A DNA stretch of 62,954 bases, counting the filler, from Reticulomyxa filosa (lineage: Eukaryota; Protista; Foraminifera), in NCBI GenBank assembly GCA_000512085.1. It is 24 parts of 24 records of this genome, joined end to end, with 100 filler letters (N's around TTAATTAATTAA, not from the genome) between each part and the next. Parts side by side here need not be neighbours in the genome. Positions count along the whole stretch, not along the records: positions 12,505 to 15,854 come from ASPP01029444.1; positions 15,955 to 17,616 come from ASPP01022281.1; positions 17,717 to 18,831 come from ASPP01050056.1; positions 18,932 to 20,574 come from ASPP01046536.1; positions 20,675 to 21,674 come from ASPP01048800.1; positions 21,775 to 23,704 come from ASPP01023579.1; positions 23,805 to 26,337 come from ASPP01011896.1; 17 more parts are not named here. One strand, given 5' to 3'. Of this stretch, positions 13,100-24,995 are shown in pieces. The position numbers were made by a program, and so were the translations under genes. Below the pieces are notes generated by a model. That model was not told the DNA's origin. It saw only the letters and a list, made by a program, of their open reading frames with translations, and did not search any database. Position 1 is the stretch's first letter. Each line of letters begins with the position of its first letter.

Positions 13100-15390
13100 T
13101 ACTTTTATCTTGTGATAGCTTGAAGCTTTTTTTGAGCATTCCAAAATATCACAAACTTTATGCGATTGTGAAAATAGAGTTGCCTGTCCGTAATCTTTTG
13201 TTGCTGATACGGAAATTGCGAACGATTTCTATTTCATTAACACTATAATATTTCTTCAGCAAAAAGGTTGAACCTCCAGTTTTGGTGAAACCCTTCATGT
13301 TTTGACATTTAAGAGCTTCCAACATTCCAACTAATGTTTTACTATACATATTACCAAAGGTATTATGCTTTTCAACGGTCGATTTGTTTCTTCTTTTCAG
13401 TGGTTAGTTCATTCCACGCTGTTGGATGAGACGAGTTCTTGCAAGACCGATAGTTTCCGCAGCAAAGCTGGTTCTTCTAGACTTTGGATTGAACTCATTT
13501 GATATTGGATTACTCGTCAATGCAAGACAGCAACACTTGCTTCAAGATACCCGGATGTCTTCTTCTCAATACCAACTACTTATGGAACTACGTACTTTAA
13601 TTGTTGTCAAAACAGCAAACAACAAATCAATCCATTCAAATTGTCCAGAAAGAAAGATGCGAATAGTCAATATTTCTTTTAACTTCAACCTTTCCAAAAG
13701 CATTTGCATCAATGAAGCCATCTTAACATACTACGATTTGATATATTCCGCCAGACCAACACGAAGACCATATCAACAGTATATTGGAAATGTTTCAATA
13801 TCTTTAATCTGTCGATATCATGTGGATGGATCATAAAAGAACATAATCACAAATACATATACAGGGCGATGATCGATGTTTGACCAAATTATGTGCATTG
13901 ATGAATTGGAGCGCATTGAATGAAAGTGGTGCATACCAATCTGTTGTGAGATTGAGATTGAAAGCACATAACATATTATTTCCGTTTGTGTTTCGCTTCA
14001 ATAATATTCGTCGATATTTTTGCTGATATTTTTTCTTTTCTCATTTCTTTAAGTTAATCTTTTTTTTCTTCCTCGCTATCCATCTTTTTCTTGCTTTCAC
14101 TACAATGGAAAGGTACATGCTAACATTGTGTTGATTAAGATATTATTACCAACAATTGAAAATATGATACAAATAATATATATTCCTTGAAATAAATAGC
14201 AAGCTGCATTTGCCATCTACTATAGCCACTCGTGGTATGATTATAATTTAAGATCGGCGGTAATTACGGATATATGCAAATGGATAAATTTGAGAAGACA
14301 TCACAAGATTGTTGAGCAAGATCCGGATATTCATTTTTTCTGGACGTTGCTAAGTGCGTATGCGCTCGCAACGCTTTCCAAAGGAATGATGACCCAACTT
14401 GACAACGGCGACACTAATAAATTGGAAGCTGTGCTTACAAATTGACTGGTCATGCTCGGTATTTGATTGCTCTTCAAATGTGATTTGAAGAGAAGACAAT
14501 GGGGCACACTATTATCGGATGAAGCCATGTGGATAATAGATAGTGCTAATGTCATCTTCCACCGAAGAAAATCGTTCAATGCTTCAAATTCGGTCAAACA
14601 TGGTCAGCAGCGGATACGTCCTATGTGCAGACTATGCTATGATCAAATTATTAATAATTATAACGACTTCACTGGGATAAATTTTTTATATCAAATCTAT
14701 ACATGCACAGAGATCACACATTATTGAATATTCTTGGGAAAAAAAGAAGATAACTATTTAATCATAATTCACTCCAACTTGTTCAGCTTTCAATTACTCC
14801 AGTGTTCATTTTGATAACGATATTGAAAACGTAGGACTTGTGGCTGCATGTTTCGATATGGTATCTTGAAGGCAACGTTCAATTCTTAAGCGTTCAAAAT
14901 ATCGATTGTGTGGATCGCTTCTTCAATTTCAAAGTGACAACCTTATTCAATAACAAATATTCTGATACATTTTTATCAATGGAACTGTACGGTACGACTA
15001 TTGTGGTGAATGTGTGAGTGTTTTTTTTTTTTAGACGACTTCACTTTCAGGAATGCTTGTATGTTGAATAGCGAGTTCTGGATGATGTCGGAAGCGTATC
15101 ATTGTTAATTTGAAATGCGGACAGATGGTATTCATGTACGTCTATAGAAGCATCATCCAAAACGACGAATAAATGTTTATTCATATATACTAGTATGCTT
15201 GATACATTGTCGCCAGCAAACAAAGTGTAGAGAATGATACAGCATCAATGTTGAATATAACAATGAAAATATGCACTGTGCAGCCGAGTATATTGCAATG
15301 CTTGCTTCTTGAGAATTATCTACTATATATCTTCACCACATCTTTGAGCTCGCATTTGATTATGCGAATGATCGGGTCCAATGCAAACTC
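13100..15390 (-). pseudogene. Heavily decayed long coding sequence, family unknown
   Basis: About 2.3 kb with higher GC than intergenic DNA. Minus-strand helical-looking segments (e.g. SIQSLEEPALLRKLSVLQELVSS) are interrupted by many stops. Confidence 0.35.
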
Positions 15391-15514
15391 TATAATATTA
15401 TAAGTATGTTATCATATTTAATAAATAAACAAACAAACAAAAAAATACTTAACTATTTTGTTGTCCTTGCACGAGATAACAATTCGACAAAAAAAATTCA
15501 AAAAATAAACATTA

Positions 15515-15735
15515 TCTTTTTTTCATTTTTTCTTTTTCTACTTTCTTTTTTTTTTTCATTTCATTTTTATTTCTTTTTTTTTTCATATTTTATTTTTTAT
15601 TTTTTTTTTCTATTTCTTTTTCTATTTTCTTTTTCTTTTTTTCAATTTTCTTTTCTTTTTTATTATCATCTTTTTTCCCCTTCTTTATTTCCCTTTTTTT
15701 AAATTTATTATTCTATTTTTTTTTACTACATTTTT
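15515..15735 (+). repeat. T-rich low-complexity tract
   Basis: Runs of T punctuated by C or A. Confidence 0.8.
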
Positions 15736-16559
15736 TAACACCCCCCCTTAAATCTTTTTTTCTTCTCCCCACTTAAACTTTTCACACATTGTACCTATCT
15801 GTACACAAATACAAACAAATTTACATTTTATAATTTTTTTAAAAACAAAAAAAGNNNNNNNNNNNNNNNNNNNNNNNNNNNNNNNNNNNNNNNNNNNNTT
15901 AATTAATTAANNNNNNNNNNNNNNNNNNNNNNNNNNNNNNNNNNNNNNNNNNNNGTTGATCATGTAGATAATTCACTGTGTGAATTTCTAATCTTCCAAA
16001 AGGACAAGAGAATGATATACCAAAAGATGATCTATTAAAATAAAATACGCATTACAATTTGAGCAATCATCATAAAAATGAAAAGATAAGTTTATTTATA
16101 TGGCTACAAAAATATTTTTAATCATTGCTTTTTTAGCCTTGAAAATGTTTTTAAATACATTTCAAACAAAAGGGATTCAAAATGTTCAGTATTGTAAAGC
16201 TCAAAGAAAAAATTTTGAAAAATGAAGAGTGAAATTTTTGTGTTACCTCCGCCTATACAATAATAAAACAAATGACAAAAAAAAAATTTTGATTTGCTTG
16301 CATTATTATTTATCCATTTGGGATATATTCAAGATTTAATTATGCTTCCTGTTTCGCAAAGCAGAAAAATAAATAAATGAATAATAGGTGTCTGAATAGG
16401 ATACAAACTATTGTACAATTAAAAATTTTCATTTAACCTTTGTTCGAAAGTGTATCAAAATGATTTCATTATCATGAAATCAAATGGTTTAAATATGGAA
16501 TTTTCATCAAGGAAAAACCTAATGTATTGGCAATGAACTTTGATTAGATTAATTATTAC

Positions 16560-16900
16560 ATTTTTACCAGATGAAATATGATTGTGTCGTGTTTAGGAGA
16601 TGATTTGATTGTGGGATGTATATTTTGCAAAACAAATGCGAATATTAGAAGGACATTCTATTTATGTAACACGATGTCAATTTTTATTCGATGGGCTAAC
16701 TCTTGTATCGTGTTTATGGGATAAAATTGAACAATAATTGAAAAGATAGAAGGAGGACATATCAATTGTATGAATAATGTTTAATTTTCCAAATAGACAG
16801 TTTATCATATCATCATTGAGCAATAAAACCATTATTACAGGAGATATTAAATCGGGTAAAGGATAACAATAAGAGGCTACCTTGAAGTCAAATCAGATAA
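16560..16900 (+). pseudogene. Decayed WD40 gene, family B (FSPDG type)
   Basis: LEGHSIYVTRCQFLFDGLTLVSCLWDKI followed by GHINCMNNV*, with stops and deletions. Confidence 0.65.
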
Positions 16901-17169
16901 TTTTTCTATTGCGTCTTGTTCAGCATATTTTTCATCATTGTATCTTGTCCTAACATACAAAATTGAATTTGATTTTTAAAAATATTGCAAAATTTTAGAA
17001 ATTTTGAATAAAGAAATTTAAGAAAGCATTAATTTTGGGAAAAACAAACAAAGTTTCTCATTTATGTCAATACTTTCATTCAGAGAAATATAAACAAATT
17101 TCATTTATTTTAAAACACAACCAATATTTCTTCACAAATATCCAACTGTTTTTTTTTACAGTTGTTTTA

Positions 17170-17616
17170 TCATCTCTGTATCCAATGCCTTTTTTTAGGA
17201 GCAAGAATAATATCATAGAGAGTAGTATCTTGCACCTCAACACAATACCATTCCCCATTTTTTCTTTCGAATATCATTTCGAACTTGATGTATCATTTGA
17301 TGTAATGAACAAATATCTTTGTATCTCGAAAATACGTCTTTGATGCCTGTGCTCAAGTGTGAAAGACCTGCAACCCTATGACCTTTTGTGGTTGACCAAA
17401 TGGTGAAGAATCCATCATCATTGTGTCCATACCGCAATGGCTGTTCTCTGCCTCGCATAATCATTTCATAAGACCTTGGGGTATTATTTCCACGACTTAT
17501 GTCCACAATGAATATTTTCGGACAGTCTTTGAATGCTTCAAGATTATCACAATCAAAAGAATGACGTATTTTATCAATGGAAACTCCTTTTCCATCACTT
17601 GAGATCAGTACATCTT
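17170..17616 (-). CDS. Caspase-like (peptidase C14A fold) C-terminal part with catalytic Cys replaced by Ser; 1-nt frameshift near 17260
   Basis: DVLISSDGKGVSIDKIRHSFDCDNLEAFKDCPKIFIVDISRG aligns with caspase ...L.GKPKLFIIQACRG. DGFFTIWSTTKGH aligns with p10 DFL.AYST.PGY. Confidence 0.8.
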
Positions 17617-17716
17617 NNNNNNNNNNNNNNNNNNNNNNNNNNNNNNNNNNNNNNNNNNNNTTAATTAATTAANNNNNNNNNNNNNNNNNNNNNNNNNNNN
17701 NNNNNNNNNNNNNNNN

Positions 17717-18702
17717 TACTCGTGCGGAACCTTCAACAATAAAATCGCAACCGCCTCCAACCAATCAAGTGAGCGTATTGGACTTATTGTTTGATTTTGT
17801 GACACGTGACGACATTCGAATTGGATTGCTTGTTGTGTTTTGTACGGTGTTTCGTTGATTCATATCGGATTACCGCTAGACAGTATTGTTCCTGCATCGT
17901 ATGGCCAAGATTATTTGCAAGTTCGAGGCAAATATTAGCACATCTACATTAATTCACTGTACACATATGGATATCGAAGTGACCTAAAACCCATTGACTG
18001 GAAAAACAAATTTGAGACCTGGCTGAATGAGTCAGAAAAAGTCCTTACTATAGATACTGATTTGGTTTATCAAAATTCAAAGATCCACATTTTTTGGGCA
18101 TGGGATTTCCGTGATTACAAACAAGAACAACTTCTTTACTTATTTTAATCCAGATGGATACAATGCAACGTTCTACAAAGCTCCTTCAACTCCAACTGGA
18201 AAGTCGTCGCTTAGCGTATTGCAGCAGTGAGAGTGCAAACTATACGTATGGCACTGTTTGTTAAACAAAACCATAATGCTGTCTGAAAAATGCATTGCAT
18301 TCGTGCAAGAAATTACTCCTGAGCCAATAACTTACAAAATTGCCAAGCAAGTTCAAATATATAGACCTGATGACAGTAATGTAACTGGTAGTGTACACGG
18401 CTCCTTCTTCCGATGTTACCAATGTTTACTATCGCAGCGATGGTGCAGTTGTATATCAACGCTCGGACAATTCATGGTCGATTTTGGACGTGAACTATAA
18501 TTTGAAGTACATCGTACAGTCGACGTTGGATGCATCACAGCCTCCACAATACGGATGGACTGATACCAAAAACAATTTAGTAGCAATGACAACAATTTAT
18601 TATGACATTAGTTCCTATTCCTCTGATGCAAAACGTGGAAATGGTTTCAAGGAAATAGATGACGCAAGTTGTTTTTCTTTTTATCTTGCTATTTTTTTGT
18701 GA
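17717..18702 (+). pseudogene. Fragmented hypothetical (possibly surface or secreted) protein
   Basis: Overlapping short ORFs in different frames. The last (18391-18702) has aromatic beta-strands, PPQYGW and a hydrophobic tail. Confidence 0.3.
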
Positions 18703-18931
18703 TTTGGCTTGAAGCTCTCCGTCTATTGACTAATATGTTTATTTGATATATATATATTTCTTACATAATGAATATAATGCAAATAGCTCGCTACCAATTT
18801 ACTGCATCGTATAATTTCCAACAAGGACATGNNNNNNNNNNNNNNNNNNNNNNNNNNNNNNNNNNNNNNNNNNNNTTAATTAATTAANNNNNNNNNNNNN
18901 NNNNNNNNNNNNNNNNNNNNNNNNNNNNNNN

Positions 18932-19143
18932 TATGTTCTGGATCACTTGATAATACAATTCGTTTTTGGGATATTCGGTCAAATAAGAATGAATTGTATA
19001 TGATCAAAGGAGATAATAAAGATGAAGGAATAATTTGTTTTAAATTTATTGTATTGAAAAAGAAGAATGAGACAAATAATGTTAAATATGATTTGAATTT
19101 GTGTTATGGTTCACGCAAAGGTCCCATTCATATTTGGGAATAA
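18932..19143 (+). CDS. WD40 family A gene, 3' end only (contig-truncated)
   Basis: CSGSLDNTIRFWDIRSNKNELYMIKG...LNLCYGSRKGPIHIWE*, homologous to 6298-6512. Confidence 0.85.
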
Positions 19144-19607
19144 TTTACTTTTTGTCGAATAATAAATAAAGTTGTTTTTTTTTAAAAGTTTGATTAAAAG
19201 AAAAATAAGTTGAGATTAAACTTATTTGATTTGATTGAATGCAAGCATTAAAAGATTTTTTTTATCTTACTTTGTTATTTAAAAAAAGTGAAAAAGCTGC
19301 GTTCAATGTTTTTTGAAGAATCGTAAATCATAATAAAAATTATATCCAAATATCAAAATAAATTGCAAAAGATTTTAAGTATTGATATCATTGAAAATCT
19401 TTGAAAACAAAGACGTTAAAAAAATATATTTTTGAGAATCTTTTTACGTTTATTCCTTATGTTTTTGGTAACAAGATATTTTTAATGGAGGAAAAAAAAA
19501 CCATAAATCAAAAGCTTTATTCACATATGCTCATCCCCAAACATAAATTGGACCTTTAATTAAAAAATCTTTTTTTGATTTAATTTTTTTTTTGCAATTA
19601 TTCGATT

Positions 19608-19990
19608 TCAATAAGATAATATACTAACTGATGATGTATTTAAATATTCATTCATATCTTCATGTTGTTTTCCATCACTTTTCACCAACATATTTCCATT
19701 ATCTTCATGTCCATAAATAATTATATCATCATATTTGTGTGTATTTTCACTTTGGCCAAAAATGATTGAATATCTTGTTTTATCATTTTTGGAGATTGAT
19801 TGCATATAATTTCATATTTCAATTCTTGTTCAAATAATTTTCTGAAAATTGTAATATCCACTTTTTTCACATTTTTAAGTATTACTGGTCGTTGAAATGA
19901 AGTTCAAATAATTTTGAATATATATTCATTACTTTCAAATTCTTTCTTTACATCTTCATCTGATTTAATAATATTATTCTTTATATTAAT
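19608..19990 (-). pseudogene. Caspase-like p20 remnant with a possible PB1-like N-terminal fragment
   Basis: IIKSDEDVKKEF, then LKNVKKVDITIFRKLFEQELKYEIICNQSPKMIKQDIQSFL, then after a frameshift HKYDDIIIYGHEDNGNMLVKSDGK (catalytic-His strand). LVKSDGK matches LISSDGK of the 17.6-kb copy. Confidence 0.65.
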
Positions 19991-20079
19991 CAATTGTAGC
20001 TCTACATTTAATTGTTGTTTTTGATAGTGCACACTGTTGTCCTTTTTATTTCATCCTGTTTTGAATAGCAAATAGATAT

Positions 20080-20380
20080 CAAAAAAAAAAAGTTAAAAAT
20101 TAGTATTGAAGAAAACGCAATACTTAAAAATATTTTACAATTGTTTAAAAAACATTGAATACAACTATTCAATTTTTTTAAACAACAAAGCAAAATAAAA
20201 CACATCATTCAATGCTTGCATTCAATCAAATCAAACAAGTTTAATATCACATTATTTTCTTTAATCAAACTTTTCAAACAAAAAAAACACTTTCATTTCT
20301 TATTTCATAAAACAGAAAATTATCCCCAAATACGAATAGGACCTTTGCCTGAACCATAACACAAATTCAAATCATATGCA
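20080..20380 (-). pseudogene. WD40 family A terminal remnant plus conserved 3' flank
   Basis: YDLNLCYGSGKGPIRIWG* at ~20320-20378, followed by about 240 bp homologous to 19144-19390 and 40285-40540. Confidence 0.8.
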
Positions 20381-20674
20381 AATATAAAAAAATGAATTGA
20401 AATTGCTAACATTAAAGGAATAATTATAAATATGAACGCTTATTTATTTCATTTACAAATATCTTATAATTTATTCTGGAAAGCATTTCTGGTTATACAG
20501 ATTTAATACAAAATTCAAAAATAACTAACCTTCTATTTTTTAATTTCAACATTTTTGCATTATAAAATTGTTGTNNNNNNNNNNNNNNNNNNNNNNNNNN
20601 NNNNNNNNNNNNNNNNNNTTAATTAATTAANNNNNNNNNNNNNNNNNNNNNNNNNNNNNNNNNNNNNNNNNNNN

Positions 20675-21674
20675 TATCGCAATAAAGAGAGAATGCTTTA
20701 TATAATCTGTGATAATGTACAATGGACTCAGCAACAAATCGGTCCAAGGAGGGAAGCACATTGAAATCGCTACAAAGACGGAAGGCATTGAGAATAAGCC
20801 GAATAGGAATGAGCCGTTGCAAACGGACTCGAGTGAGTGTCTCGTAAATGTATTTGTTTGCAACTTAAAAAAAAAAAAAAAACAAAACAGGTATAATCAT
20901 GTGCATACACAAAAAAAAAAAAAAAAAGAAGACAGTTTGAATGACAAATCAACCTCGAAAAAAGGGAAAGAAAGCAATGGAATGGAGTGTGTGTCAGAAC
21001 AAGCCAAAAGAAAGGAAATAGAGGAGAAAAAGCAACAAGCGTGTGAACAAAAAGATGAAAAAGACAAAGAAAAGGAAAAGGAAAAGGAAAAAGAAAAAGA
21101 AAAAGAAAAAGAAAAAGAAAAAGACAAAGACAAAGACAAAGACAAAGAAAAGGAAAAAAAGATAAATGAAGAGCCATGCAAAAGCAAAGAGAATGAAAAG
21201 ATGTCAATGCAAGTGGACGGAGCAATATCGGACAATACAACGCCGCAGACAAAGCACGAAGAGAAAAAGAAATGGACGCCAAGCGACCCCAACTCGAAAC
21301 CTTACAAAACAGCAAAGGCCTTGTTGGAGAGCATTGTGACCAAAAGCGAGACACGGAAAAACAGTCGAGAGCAAATGGTGTACTTGCGCAAGTTCTTTTT
21401 AAATCGTGGCGGTGACATTTTATCGCACATGATTCCCATGTTTATCCAAGAATACAACGGACAAGATGTTCTGATGCAATGGCTGATTGCAAATGACCAG
21501 TTCATTGTTGCCAATCTCACGCCCGCGCAAGGACTCAACGAACATGGGGACACCAGCGAGGTCAAGTCTTGCTCCAAAGCCATTCAATTGATTTTCGACT
21601 TCCTACACAAAATCATTGACGACTACCGTCTGGACACGCCCTGGAACCCTTCCTTACTCCAAATCGTGTCTTTA
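20675..21674 (+). CDS. Partial protein with KE/KD repeat and a possible TFIIS-N (LW)-like helical domain
   Basis: Open frame with a probable short intron near 20849-20930. FIQEYNGQDVLMQWL...LIFDFLHKI resembles the TFIIS-N pattern; the domain call is weak. Confidence 0.45.
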
Positions 21675-21774
21675 NNNNNNNNNNNNNNNNNNNNNNNNNN
21701 NNNNNNNNNNNNNNNNNNTTAATTAATTAANNNNNNNNNNNNNNNNNNNNNNNNNNNNNNNNNNNNNNNNNNNN

Positions 21775-23611
21775 CCGGCCTGACCCTGGCGGCCCTGGGC
21801 GTGGTTTACGGTGACATCGGCACCAGCCCGCTCTACACCCTGAAAGAATGCTTCAGCCCGCACCTGGGCCTGGCCGCCAACCAGGCCAACGTGCTGGGCA
21901 TCCTGTCCCTGATCGTATGGGGGCTGATCCTGGTGGTATCGCTGAAATACCTGTCCTTCGTGCTGCGTGCCGATAACCGTGGTGAAGGCGGCATCCTGAC
22001 GCTGATGGCGCTGGCGCGCCGTGCGGTGGGCCCCAAGGGCCGCATCCTGGCGGCACTGGGGCTGATGGGCGGCGGCTTTTTCTACGGCGAGGTGGTGATT
22101 ACGCCGGCCGTGTCGGTGCTGTCGGCGCTGGAAGGCCTGGAGGTGATTACCCCCAGCTTCAAACCGTACGTGCTGCCGATTGCCATCGCGGTGCTGGTGG
22201 GGCTGTTTGTCATCCAGAAGCACGGTACTGCCAGCGTGGGCAAGCTGTTCGGCCCGGTGATGATGCTGTGGTTCGGTGCGCTGGCCGCGCTGGGCATTCA
22301 TGGCATTATCGGTAACCCGGCGGTGCTGGCCGCGCTGAACCCGGCCTGGGGCCTGAACTTCATGCTGGAGCACCGCGGTGTCGGTTTCCTGGCACTGGGT
22401 TCGGTGGTGCTGGCACTGACCGGCGCCGAGGCGCTGTACGCCGACATGGGTCACTTCGGCCGCAAGCCGATCCGCCTGGCCTGGTTTTTCTACGTGCTGC
22501 CGGCGCTGATGCTGAACTACTTCGGCCAGGGCGCCGAAATCCTGGCCGACCCGGCGGCCCGCGCCAACCCCTTCTTCCACCTGGCACCGCAGTGGGCGCT
22601 GCTGCCGATGGTGATCCTGTCTACCGCCGCCACCGTGATTGCCTCGCAAGCGGTGATCTCCGGCGTGTTCTCGCTGACCCGCCAGGCTGTACAACTGGGC
22701 TTCCTGCCGCGTATGGAAATCACCCATACCTCCGAGAAGAAATCGGCCAGATCTACATCCCGCTGGTGAACTGGGGGCTGCTGTTTGCCGTGATTGCGGT
22801 GGTAGTGATGTTCCAGAGCTCCAGCGCGCTGGCTGGCGCCTACGGCATTGCCGTGACCGGCACCATGGTGATTACTTCCATTCTGGCGTGCACGGTGGCG
22901 CTGAAGCAGTGGAAATGGTCGGCGATGCTGGTGGCCCCGCTGCTGGTTGCGCTGCTGGCGGTAGACATTCCGCTGTTTGCGGCCAACGTGGTCAAAATCT
23001 TTGCCGGCGGCTGGCTGCCGCTGCTGATCGGCGTACTGGCCTTCATCCTGATGAGTACCTGGAAGCAGGGCCGCTCGCTGCTGATGAGCCGCCTGAACGA
23101 AATGGCCATCCCGCTGGATGGCTTTATCGAGAACATGGAAACCTACTCGCCCGACCGCGTGCAGGGTACCGCCGTGTTCCTGACCAACTCCACCCACGGC
23201 GTGCCGCACGCGCTGCTGCACAACCTGAAGCACAACAAGGTGCTGCACGAGCGCATCGTGCTGATGACCATCCGTACCGAGGAAGTACCGTTCATCGAAG
23301 CCGAGCAGCGCATCGAGATCCAGCAGTTGTCCAACAGCTTCTGGCGCGTGATGGCCTACTACGGCTTCAAGGAAACGCCGAGCGTGCAGGAGGTGCTGGA
23401 CCTGTGCGAAGCGCAGGGCATGCACTTCGAGCTGATGGATACCTCGTTCTTCCTGTCGCGCGAGACGCTGATCCAGACCGATCGCGAAGGCTTGGCGCCG
23501 TGGCGCGAAAAGCTGTTCGTGTGGATGAGCCGCAACGCGCTGCGCGCCACCGACTTCTTCCAGATCCCGTCCAACCGCGTGGTGGAGATGGGCGCCCAGG
23601 TCGAGCTGTAA
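21775..23611 (+). CDS. kup: Bacterial KUP/HAK/KT potassium uptake permease, 5'-truncated, with a 1-nt frameshift near 22740
   Basis: [72 protein letters not shown] and [11 protein letters not shown]. High GC with G/C-ending codons and no introns. Confidence 0.97.
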
Positions 23612-23629
23612 AACCTGCGCCGTACAAAC

Positions 23630-23654
23630 AAAAAAGGTTGGCCGCGGCCAACCT
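23630..23654 (-). terminator. Intrinsic terminator-like hairpin, oriented for a convergent minus-strand gene
   Basis: Perfect palindrome AGGTTGGCCGCGGCCAACCT (23635-23654) preceded by an A-run, which is a U-tract on the minus strand. It lies about 20 nt after the kup stop. Confidence 0.65.
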
Positions 23655-23895
23655 GACAGGCTGCGGACAACCTCTGCCGCAAAACCTCACCGGGCCCGGC
23701 AAAGNNNNNNNNNNNNNNNNNNNNNNNNNNNNNNNNNNNNNNNNNNNNTTAATTAATTAANNNNNNNNNNNNNNNNNNNNNNNNNNNNNNNNNNNNNNNN
23801 NNNNAAAAAAAAACATTTTTTGATAATTTATTTAAAAAAAAAAAAAAAAAAAATAACATGTACATATGTACATATTTATTTATTTATTTTTTTAT

Positions 23896-24590
23896 TCACA
23901 AAACGATGTGCATAAAAAGGTAAGGATGAGGCAAAGACGATTGCTTATCGACAATTTGTTTAGTCAATACGTATAAACGATGCGCCAATAAGTAAGTTTC
24001 AAACTGCGTCAACTTTAGCTGGGCTATGATTTCATGCATGCGATTTTGCAGCTGTGTGCAAAATTGCTTGGTTTGGGCAATCGCATTGTCCACATCGTTA
24101 TCCATGTCGTCTGTGATGTCGTTGTCCGGCTGGCTTATTTTTGCTTCGTTGGTCTTGTTTTCACTGGTCGTCGAATTATCTGCTTCCTCGAGGAGCGAAA
24201 GAAAACTACACAACCATGACACAGTGTCGTTCAAATATGAGGAAACATGAACGTTGTTGTATTCTTCCGAAGACAAATATTTATAGGGGTGATCTGTAGG
24301 CAATTGGTACTCTTTGTGATCATCTTTTTTCAACAAATCACCGATTGCCGCTTTGTTTGTGTCACTTCCAATGCCAATGCCAATGCCAATGCCAATCTGT
24401 CATGTGTTTCATCAAACATAACAGGGGATGATTGTCCAAAAAGTGGTTCTATCACTGTAAACTCCAAGGTTGCAAATAATTGAAGGAAGCCTATCATAAC
24501 AGGCACTAACACAAACCCTAACAATCTGAAATAAGTAAGCGTGCTTGCATTCTTGGTAAATTCTTTCACGACTTTAAATACGGAAAGCAT
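23896..24590 (-). CDS. Hypothetical helical protein, partial exons
   Basis: Adjacent ORFs 24330-24590 and 23896-24336 overlap at an A-run, a probable 1-nt slip. No family recognised. Confidence 0.4.
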
Positions 24591-24995
24591 AAATGAATTG
24601 TCAAAGCCAAAAAGATTTGTATTACAAATCTCTTACTTTTTTTCCCCCTGTAATTCTTAAAGAACGGCCCTGACAAATGAGCTTACATTCCAATCTTAAA
24701 AAATAAATACAGTTTATATTGTTTAATTAGATGAGATTTGATAAAGGGATTTTTAAGCCATTTTTTTTTTCCTCCCCCCCCCTCTTGTGAAACGGACAAA
24801 AGTGAAATTGAAAAAGGAAAGTGTCACGCGATTGAACAATTATATATTAAACAAACATGATCGCTTATTAATTCTAAAAAAGGATTTTCTGCTTTGGATA
24901 GCCCTTGGTGTGTTAGTCAATGCAAACTCAAGAAAGGGATCCAACTCGCGCACACTGGCCCTTCTTCAAACCAGAAGGGGCTCATTTAAGAAAGC

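Noticed and set aside
22592-22769. Two overlapping kup genes or a programmed frameshift
   Set aside because: One added G restores the conserved E-I-G-Q-I-Y-I-P. The same error type occurs throughout the window.
20675-23704. kup as a horizontally transferred gene embedded next to eukaryotic genes
   Set aside because: Bounded by linkers on both sides, with no host junction, intron or amelioration.
21723-23760. Long antisense and alternative-frame ORFs over kup (334, 302 and 290 aa)
   Set aside because: Shadow ORFs expected from high-GC codon bias; no motifs.
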